Shown here: in pieces, positions 8,742-13,390 of the stretch
How the letters are laid out: each line of letters begins with the position of its first letter
Numbering within the stretch: position 1 is the first letter of the stretch
IMG/VR virus record: IMGVR_UViG_3300032668_000011
Span: 55,645 to 75,644 of that record
Length of the DNA: 20,000 nt
Direction: 5' to 3' (one strand)
Origin: an uncultured virus (IMG/VR IMGVR_UViG_3300032668_000011)
Taxonomy: Duplodnaviria > Heunggongvirae > Uroviricota > Caudoviricetes
Position numbers and translations under genes: made by a program
The notes under the pieces: model-generated
Seen by the model: the letters and a program-made list of their open reading frames with translations, nothing else
What the model was told of the DNA's origin: nothing
Databases searched by the model: none

Positions 8742-9080
8742 TCAGTTGAGGTCAGAACCAAACTTCTTCGTTGAGATTGTTTCGACGAGCTGCTTTGTCT
8801 CATCAGCGATGCGTGTCAACTCAGTGACGTACCGGGAACAACGCTCGAACGTTTCATCATCGAGTTTCACCTTTATGTCCTCGTAGTATTCAGTCTCCAG
8901 GACAAAATTCATGATCTCGACGTATACGATGGCCGCCATCTTCATGTGCTTGCACGCCTTCGCAAGATCGGGCTTGATGCCCAACGCTTCCTTCGAAAGG
9001 TTCAGCTGTTCATCTGCAACGTCAAGAGCCTTGTTGACAGTCTCGTTAAGCGTCAATGCGTCCATGGAGTACCCTATCAT
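8742..9080 (-). CDS. hypothetical protein
   Basis: ORF 8742..9134; start at 9080 gives an ATGA overlap with the upstream gene. Confidence 0.7.
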   Translation of the reverse strand: MIGYSMDALTLNETVNKALDVADEQLNLSKEALGIKPDLAKACKHMKMAAIVYVEIMNFVLETEYYEDIKVKLDDETFERCSRYVTELTRIADETKQLVETISTKKFGSDLN

Positions 9081-9460
9081 GGTTTGTACCCACGTTGCAC
9101 TGTCAGAGGAATGCCGCCGCACTTGATGGGACACAATGATTCATATATGCCCGTGCGATCTTTGATCACGTTCCAGACGCCTGATTGCGGTTCAAAACGC
9201 CAGACGACATCCGCACCGGACATGAGGCCTGCCGGCATCCTACCACCTCTCTCGAGCATCCTCATTATCGATGCGTCCTCAATCACAACGAGATGGATCT
9301 GTCCATCATCTGGGCTGACGTACGTGTAGCTTCGCGGGATCGTCAATGCATTGATTGTTGTGACCAGGTCGTCTACCTCATCGCTGTCAGTTGTTCTCCT
9401 GATCCTGCGATAACACTCAATGAGCATTCGCGACCTTTCACCCACGAGAGGGACGTCCAT
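9077..9460 (-). CDS. hypothetical protein
   Basis: ORF 9077..9496; ATG at 9460 lies 6 nt after a promoter -10 (leaderless). Confidence 0.7.
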   Translation of the reverse strand: MDVPLVGERSRMLIECYRRIRRTTDSDEVDDLVTTINALTIPRSYTYVSPDDGQIHLVVIEDASIMRMLERGGRMPAGLMSGADVVWRFEPQSGVWNVIKDRTGIYESLCPIKCGGIPLTVQRGYKP

Positions 9461-9466
9461 GAGAAC

Positions 9467-9496
9467 ATCATACCTCTCCAGAGAAGGGACTTGCAC
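9467..9496 (-). promoter_or_regulatory. putative phage promoter (leaderless)
   Basis: GTGCAA-N18-TATGAT, then 6 nt to ATG. Confidence 0.7.
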
Positions 9497-9510
9497 AACT
9501 TGCGTTCCGA
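9495..9510. repeat. left arm of a 16-bp perfect inverted repeat (partner 12825-12840)
   Basis: acaacttgcgttccga is the exact reverse complement of tcggaacgcaagttgt at 12825-12840. Confidence 0.9.
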
Positions 9511-9607
9511 CGAAGCGCGGGGAGAAGACGGACCAGCCGTAGTCTCCCAGGCACAGTTATCCGGTGCGCACCGGACACCCTTCCTTTTCAGGACGTGCTG
9601 TGGGATT

Positions 9608-9682
9608 TGGTTGAGGCAGTAGGACTTGCACCTACGTGATCAGGGTCAGAACCTGACATACTCGCTGCTGTATGATGCCTCA
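9608..9682 (-). tRNA. trnQ: tRNA-Gln(CTG), CCA encoded, atypical T-loop
   Basis: TGAGGCA/TGCCTCA acceptor, TCAGG-TT CTG AC-CCTGA, T arm GTAGG-TGCAAGT-CCTAC, ends ACCA. Confidence 0.85.
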
Positions 9683-9683
9683 G

Positions 9684-9756
9684 TTGAGGTGGAGGGATTC
9701 GAACCCCCGTATGTGGCTTCAAAGACCACGGTCCTGGGCCGCTGGACGACACCTCA
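9684..9756 (-). tRNA. trnQ: tRNA-Gln(TTG)
   Basis: TGAGGTG/CACCTCA, GTGGT-CT TTG AA-GCCAC, T-loop TTCGAAT. Confidence 0.92.
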
Positions 9757-9896
9757 ATGGTGATGCTTTTCTTTTATCGTGCTACACACTCTTGTGCTGG
9801 TTCGACGTCGATAATTTCACTGGGAGAGCATCAACTCGCAATGAAAACAGCTAACGTTATCCACACAAGACACTGCGTCGATTTGAGCGCAGTTAG

Positions 9897-9968
9897 CAGG
9901 GGCACTCGGACTCGAACCGAGGTGATCCGTTTTGGAGACGGACATCCTAGCCGGTAAATGATACCCCT
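9897..9968 (-). tRNA. trnW: tRNA-Trp(CCA)
   Basis: AGGGGTA/TGCCCCT with G73, TCCGT-CT CCA AA-ACGGA, T-loop TTCGAGT. Confidence 0.92.
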
Positions 9969-10070
9969 GTGAAACACGCATGTTCTGCCGATTGAGCTAC
10001 ATTCACGTTCCCTGCCACTGTCGAGGGATTGTGAAGACGACGTAGATAAACCGTAAAACATTGCGTGTAG

Positions 10071-10141
10071 CGGACACGACGGGATTCGAACCCGCATGCG
10101 TTCCCTAGACAGGGGAATGGCCTCCAGTGGCCCACGTATCC
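10071..10141 (-). tRNA. trnD: tRNA-Asp(GTC)
   Basis: GGATACG/CGTGTCC with G73, TTCCC-CT GTC TA-GGGAA (unusual U37), T-loop TTCGAAT. Confidence 0.88.
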
Positions 10142-10153
10142 ATTTCGTATCAG

Positions 10154-10284
10154 TGCCGACTCCTGGTGTTGAGCCAGGCCAATCCTCCTGTGACCGCTTC
10201 ACATCACTGATTCGCAATGATTCGAGATCTCGGTGTGAATGCCGGCTGATGTAGCCGGTGGGTTTCGTCGCTCCCTCAATCGGC
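10154..10284 (-). ncRNA. 131-nt tRNA-like RNA (nominal CAT anticodon) with a 63-nt variable region
   Basis: GCCGATT/AGTCGGC with A73, short D stem GGG/CCC, CCGGC-TA CAT CA-GCCGG, T arm CCTGG-CTCAACA-CCAGG. Confidence 0.6.
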
Positions 10285-10360
10285 GTAAGATGCTGCTGAC
10301 TCCCGGGAGGCGAACGCCTCCACTCGAGAGGCGTGAATTCGTCTCTCTAGGACTCAGCGG

Positions 10361-10433
10361 TGGAATTGAAGGGATTCGAACCCTCTACCTCCTGCATGCC
10401 GTGCAGGCGCTCTCCCAATTGAGCTACAATCCC
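10361..10433 (-). tRNA. trnA: tRNA-Ala(GGC)
   Basis: GGGATTG/CAATTCC with G3-U70 and A73; CCTGC-AC GGC AT-GCAGG. Confidence 0.92.
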
Positions 10434-10434
10434 G

Positions 10435-10511
10435 TGGACCCGGAGGGAGTCGAACCCTCAATCACGTAGGTTCCATTGTCGGCTTTCCTATGTGACTCGC
10501 CTTTCAGGCCC
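10435..10511 (-). ncRNA. 77-nt Ala-type tRNA-like RNA resembling the tmRNA tRNA-like domain (no D stem, no mRNA domain)
   Basis: GGGCCTG/CGGGTCC (G3-U70, A73), unpaired AAAGGCGAG, long helix TCACATAGG/CCTACGTGA, T arm GAGGG-TTCGACT-CCCTC. Confidence 0.65.
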
Positions 10512-10555
10512 TTTTACGCCGAGTGAAACACAACCGCACTGTGCCATGGCGTTAG

Positions 10556-10628
10556 TGGAACTCACGGGATTCGAACCCGTCGCCTCCTGCGTGCAAAGCA
10601 GGCGCTCTCCCAAATGAGCTAGAGTCCC
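10556..10628 (-). tRNA. trnA: tRNA-Ala(TGC)
   Basis: GGGACTC/GAGTTCC with G3-U70; CCTGC-TT TGC AC-GCAGG. Confidence 0.93.
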
Positions 10629-10653
10629 AAAAGAGGCAGATTGACCGCTGCCT
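10629..10653 (-). terminator. hairpin with short U run after the kinase gene (weak terminator or processing hairpin)
   Basis: AGGCAG-CGGTCAAT-CTGCCT followed by CTTTT, abutting the 5' end of tRNA-Ala(TGC). Confidence 0.35.
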
Positions 10654-10663
10654 TCCTGGTATC

Positions 10664-11419
10664 TTACTGTAAGCCTGCCTGTTGCGTGATCGTCTGAATC
10701 GCCGCTGTTCCCCTGACATTGGACATCCCAAGGTCGATGAGTACAAGCGTGCCGTCGTCTCTTTTCATCATGTTGCCGGCATGGTAGTCGTGAAAGTCAA
10801 TGCCAAGTTCCGTGAGAGTCTCGAACAATCCCTTCACACCGTACTTCTTGACTAGGAGGCTCCACTGTTCGTTTGCGTGTGCGATGAACTTCTGCGCTTC
10901 AGGTGAGGTGAAAGACTTGAACTTCTTCTTTGCAGTTTCCTTGATGTGTTCCTTCGTGAGTTCCTTGACCTTGTCCCAGGAGCCTCCTGCACGTTTGACC
11001 CAAAGCGGAAATGCTGTCGTCACAAGTGCGTCATTAAACGATTTGCCTTCTTCTGCGCTGATAGTTTGCAACTTTTCTTGCAGGATCGCGAATGTACCCG
11101 TGTCGCCTAGGCTCCATACGCCGTAAAAATTCACAACTCCGCTGACGTTCTTTCCCACGAGGATTGATGCTGCGTGCGCTTCTTTGCCGTCGTTCGTGAC
11201 CTTGAGAACCTTGTCGCCTACCTCGAAAACTGTACCCCGCGTGCCCGTACCGATCGGTTGTAATGAATCAACGTCCTTGATTCCTAGTTTCGCCGCACCT
11301 TTCGGAAAGCGTTTGAGAAGTTCTTTCGCCTCATCGGGCGTCACGGGCTTGTTTTCCTTCGCCTCGAAAATGAGTGCCTCACGCACGAGTCGACGAAGAC
11401 GTCCTAGCTTGATTCTCAT
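10664..11419 (-). CDS. protein-kinase-like (Ser/Thr or APH-fold) enzyme inside the tRNA array
   Basis: Gly loop IGTGTRGTVF, VLK lysine, catalytic HDYHAGNMM, LIDLG; N-terminal MRIKLGRLRRLVREAL motif. Confidence 0.85.
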   Translation of the reverse strand: MRIKLGRLRRLVREALIFEAKENKPVTPDEAKELLKRFPKGAAKLGIKDVDSLQPIGTGTRGTVFEVGDKVLKVTNDGKEAHAASILVGKNVSGVVNFYGVWSLGDTGTFAILQEKLQTISAEEGKSFNDALVTTAFPLWVKRAGGSWDKVKELTKEHIKETAKKKFKSFTSPEAQKFIAHANEQWSLLVKKYGVKGLFETLTELGIDFHDYHAGNMMKRDDGTLVLIDLGMSNVRGTAAIQTITQQAGLQ

Positions 11420-11440
11420 TGCTGTAAGTATGCCCTTCTT

Positions 11441-11517
11441 TGGAAGCGGAGGTCGGATTTGAACCGACGACTTCGAGGTTATGGGCCTCGCGAGCTACCT
11501 GGCTGCTCTACTCCGCA
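11441..11517 (-). tRNA. trnM: initiator-type tRNA-fMet(CAT), CCA encoded
   Basis: U1:U72 mismatch, D arm GAGC-AGCCAGGTA-GCTC typical of initiators, CGAGG-CC CAT AA-CCTCG; atypical C33 and U73. Confidence 0.85.
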
Positions 11518-11518
11518 G

Positions 11519-11591
11519 TGAATCCAGAGGGAGTTGAACCCTCAACCCTCGGGGTAAAAGCCCGCTGCGCTGCCAATTGCGCCATGGATTC
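11519..11591 (-). tRNA. trnK: tRNA-Lys(TTT)
   Basis: GAATCCA/TGGATTC with A73, GCGGG-CT TTT AC-CCCGA, T-loop TTCAACT. Confidence 0.88.
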
Positions 11592-11592
11592 A

Positions 11593-11970
11593 TTATCGAT
11601 ATTTGCCGGCATATTTCTTCATAGTCTTAGCGCGTTTACTGTTCACCACTTTACCGATATTGCGACCACGATATGTTGATGTTTGCGCATGGCAATTTGG
11701 ACAGATGAGTCTGAGATTTTCTTTTGCTTGGTTCTCAGGATTCCCATCAATGTGATCAATTTCGATTGGGATGGGTCTATTCAACCAAATTGACGTGTTA
11801 CACACTTCACATTTGTGTCCTCTTTCTTCAAGAAGACATCTTTTCTTAATACGGATGTCGTCTGTTCCTTCGAACGTCTTGCGATATTTCTCAGGAAAGT
11901 GTGCTCGTCGATGACCACCCAACGCCCCGGGAGTTTCAAACTCCTGTAAACATGTCTTACACACATACAT
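11593..11970 (-). CDS. HNH homing endonuclease with N-terminal C2H2 zinc finger
   Basis: YVCKTC...ALGGHRRAH; CEVC...EIDHIDGNPENQAKENLRLICPNCH; AT-richer than its flanks and inserted between tRNAs. Confidence 0.88.
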   Translation of the reverse strand: MYVCKTCLQEFETPGALGGHRRAHFPEKYRKTFEGTDDIRIKKRCLLEERGHKCEVCNTSIWLNRPIPIEIDHIDGNPENQAKENLRLICPNCHAQTSTYRGRNIGKVVNSKRAKTMKKYAGKYR

Positions 11971-11993
11971 GCTAGATAGTACCCCACCCGTTG

Positions 11994-12063
11994 AGCCCAA
12001 GGTTGGAGTTGAACCAGCGACCTCCCAGTGGATACCGGGCGCTCTGCACTGAGCTACGTGGGC
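11994..12063 (-). tRNA. non-canonical tRNA (Thr-like body, 6-nt anticodon loop TATCCA)
   Basis: GCCCACG/CTTGGGC with U73, D loop AGTGCA lacking GG, CCCGG-TATCCA-CTGGG, T-loop TTCAACT. Confidence 0.65.
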
Positions 12064-12065
12064 AG

Positions 12066-12139
12066 TTGCAAAGGAAGGGCTTTAACCTCCGACCTCCGGG
12101 CCATTACGCCCGGCGCTCTCTCTCCTGAGCTACTTCGCA
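12066..12139 (-). tRNA. non-canonical tRNA (8-nt anticodon loop CGTAATGG)
   Basis: TGCGAAG/CTTTGCA, D loop AGGAGAGA, CCGGG-CGTAATGG-CCCGG, T-loop TTAAAGC. Confidence 0.65.
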
Positions 12140-12140
12140 G

Positions 12141-12213
12141 TGGGAAGGGAACGGATTGAACGTCCGACCTGCGGGCTAAATGCCCGCTGCTCTTTCTCCT
12201 GAGCTACCTCCCC
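12141..12213 (-). tRNA. non-canonical tRNA, nominal TTT (Lys-like) with A33
   Basis: GGGGAGG/CCTTCCC with A73, D loop AGGAGAAA, GCGGG-CA TTT AG-CCCGC, T-loop TTCAATC. Confidence 0.65.
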
Positions 12214-12291
12214 ATAATCATCGATGATTTCACCTCCGCCGGCAGCTTCAAAGGCTGACAGTGTCGCTTGCGCTGGTTACTTGATCGACTG

Positions 12292-12366
12292 TGCCTCCGG
12301 TGGGATTCGAACCCGCAACTTTCGGTGTAAGAGACCGCTACTCTAATCCAGTTGAGTTACGAAGGC
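12292..12366 (-). tRNA. trnK: tRNA-Lys(CTT)
   Basis: GCCTTCG/CGGAGGC with A73, GCGGT-CT CTT AC-ACCGA, T-loop TTCGAAT. Confidence 0.9.
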
Positions 12367-12369
12367 ATT

Positions 12370-12480
12370 GCGAGCGTTTTTGTCGTGGGGCGCTCGCCCA
12401 CGGGTGAATTCCGCTGTGAGTTTGTTGGGTTCACCATTCCCGGTGCTCACATGCTAATGACGCTGGATGGGCCCGCGATT
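12370..12480 (-). ncRNA. candidate tandem-pseudoknot RNA between tRNAs
   Basis: TGTGAG/CTCACA interlocked with GGTGAA/TTCACC, then H-type CGTGGG-CGAGCG-C-CCCACG-ACAAAAA-CGCTCG. Confidence 0.45.
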
Positions 12481-12500
12481 GCAGACACTACCAACGTCGG

Positions 12501-12573
12501 CTGCTCATATGGGAATCGAACCCATCGTCTTCCGCTTAACAGGCGGCCGCTGCACCAAGCCAGCTAATGAGCA
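12501..12573 (-). tRNA. trnN: tRNA-Asn(GTT)
   Basis: TGCTCAT/ATGAGCA with G73, GCCGC-CT GTT AA-GCGGA, T-loop TTCGATT. Confidence 0.9.
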
Positions 12574-12650
12574 ATGAAAGTTTTTGGCAGGACCTCAGAT
12601 CAAACGCTCAGATGAATACCACCCATGTTGCGATTCATCCTCAGTCCCTG

Positions 12651-12723
12651 CTGGCACAGTAGGTTTCGAACCTACATCCTCTCGGTTAACAGCCGAGCGC
12701 ACTGCCAATTGTGCTACATGCCA
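12651..12723 (-). tRNA. trnN: tRNA-Asn(GTT)
   Basis: TGGCATG/TGTGCCA with G73, CTCGG-CT GTT AA-CCGAG, T-loop TTCGAAA. Confidence 0.92.
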
Positions 12724-12752
12724 ATGAGCCGATACGCTTTCTTGTATCGGTG

Positions 12753-12821
12753 CCCCCGGGGATGGGTTCGGGCCATCGTCTCCGCCACAAAGAGGCGGGC
12801 TCTGCACTGAGCTACCCAGGG
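12753..12821 (-). tRNA. non-canonical tRNA, nominal TTT, aberrant D and T loops
   Basis: CCCTGGG/CCCGGGG, D loop AGTGCA, CCGCC-TC TTT GT-GGCGG, T arm GATGG-CCCGAAC-CCATC. Confidence 0.6.
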
Positions 12822-12824
12822 ATA

Positions 12825-12840
12825 TCGGAACGCAAGTTGT
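12825..12840. repeat. right arm of the 16-bp perfect inverted repeat (partner 9495-9510)
   Basis: tcggaacgcaagttgt, exact reverse complement of 9495-9510. Confidence 0.9.
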
Positions 12841-12870
12841 CAATGAACGTGAAGGACTATGCCTTCGCGG

Positions 12871-12951
12871 TGCAGGGGGCCGGATTCGAACCGACACAGT
12901 ACTAAACGGGTGGTTTACAGCCACTTGAGCTCGCCGATGCTCAGCCCCTAC
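12871..12951 (-). tRNA. trnY: tRNA-Tyr(GTA)
   Basis: GTAGGGG/CCCCTGC with A73, AGTGG-CT GTA AA-CCACC, 13-nt variable region, T-loop TTCGAAT. Confidence 0.9.
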
Positions 12952-12961
12952 ATGTGTGTTT

Positions 12962-12999
12962 AAACGAAAAAACCGAGAGAAGATCCTTTCTTCCTCGGC
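12962..12999 (-). terminator. intrinsic terminator (attenuator) directly upstream of the tRNA array
   Basis: GCCGAG-GAAGA-AAGGA-TCTTC-T-CTCGGT followed by TTTTTCGTTT, 10 nt before tRNA-Tyr. Confidence 0.8.
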
Positions 13000-13061
13000 G
13001 TCGAATTGGCTTCTATTCCCAACTCATTCGCTCCGGAAGCTCGGAGCGAGAGTGCGCTCCG
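12990..13061 (-). promoter_or_regulatory. alternative-hairpin (antiterminator/anti-antiterminator) region
   Basis: TCGCTCCG (13042-49) can pair with CGGAGCG (13055-61) or with CGGAGCGA (13028-35). When freed, CTTCC..GCG..GAGTTGG pairs with CCAATTC..CGC..GGAAG, which includes the terminator 5' arm. Confidence 0.65.
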
Positions 13062-13062
13062 T

Positions 13063-13134
13063 TCACGTATCCGTATTTGCGGCGGCATACTGCCACTGCT
13101 TTTGCTGATCCTTGTTATATGTTGAAGTTTTCAT
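13063..13134 (-). CDS. putative attenuator leader peptide MKTSTYNKDQQKQWQYAAANTDT (23 aa)
   Basis: ATG AAA ACT TCA ACA TAT AAC AAG GAT CAG CAA AAG CAG TGG CAG TAT GCC GCC GCA AAT ACG GAT ACG TGA, located between a promoter and the terminator; codons match the downstream tRNA set. No SD visible. Confidence 0.7.
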   Translation of the reverse strand: MKTSTYNKDQQKQWQYAAANTDT

Positions 13135-13162
13135 GACCGTGTGGTGCGTGTTGCTTACTAGT

Positions 13163-13192
13163 ACTCTATCCAAGACCTGTGCTTTGTTTCAC
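13163..13192 (-). promoter_or_regulatory. putative promoter of the leader/tRNA operon
   Basis: GTGAAA-N18-TAGAGT, preceded by an A-rich UP-like tract. Confidence 0.55.
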
Positions 13193-13208
13193 AGTTTTTT
13201 CAATTTTG

Positions 13209-13282
13209 TCGGTACGAGTGGAATTGAACCACCGACCTCCTGCTTATCAGGCAGGCGCTCTAGACCCCTGAGCTACGTACCG
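13209..13282 (-). tRNA. trnI: tRNA-Ile(GAT)
   Basis: CGGTACG/CGTACCG with A73, CCTGC-CT GAT AA-GCAGG, T-loop TTCAATT. Confidence 0.92.
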
Positions 13283-13299
13283 CTGCACTAACAAGAGTA

Positions 13300-13329
13300 A
13301 CTATACTGCTGTAGCCCACTCACGTACAC
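13300..13329 (-). promoter_or_regulatory. putative promoter of tRNA-Ile
   Basis: GTGTAC-N18-TATAGT. Confidence 0.55.
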
Positions 13330-13390
13330 TTTTGTTTTGCACTGTGACGTTGGTGGTTCGCGTGTATGTTACATAGTGATCAGACAACCG

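Noticed and set aside
12370..12402. preQ1 riboswitch or pistol ribozyme
   Set aside because: Only the H-type topology is similar; the conserved core nucleotides are not present.
10435..12500. Full-length or permuted two-piece tmRNA
   Set aside because: The tRNA-like domain is closed within 77 nt and no tag reading frame was found in the spacers I checked.
12585..12648. Hammerhead ribozyme (CTGAGGA matches CUGANGA)
   Set aside because: The required GAAA after stem II is absent.
9672..13136. Short ORFs overlapping the tRNA array (e.g. 9831-10217, 12595-12924, 12954-13136)
   Set aside because: They are translations of tRNA genes or antisense to the attenuator.
9608..13282. Stop-codon reassignment or suppressor tRNAs
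   Set aside because: No canonical CTA/TCA/TTA anticodon, and genes read intact in the standard code. The 8-nt loop CGTAATGG is not a clear suppressor.
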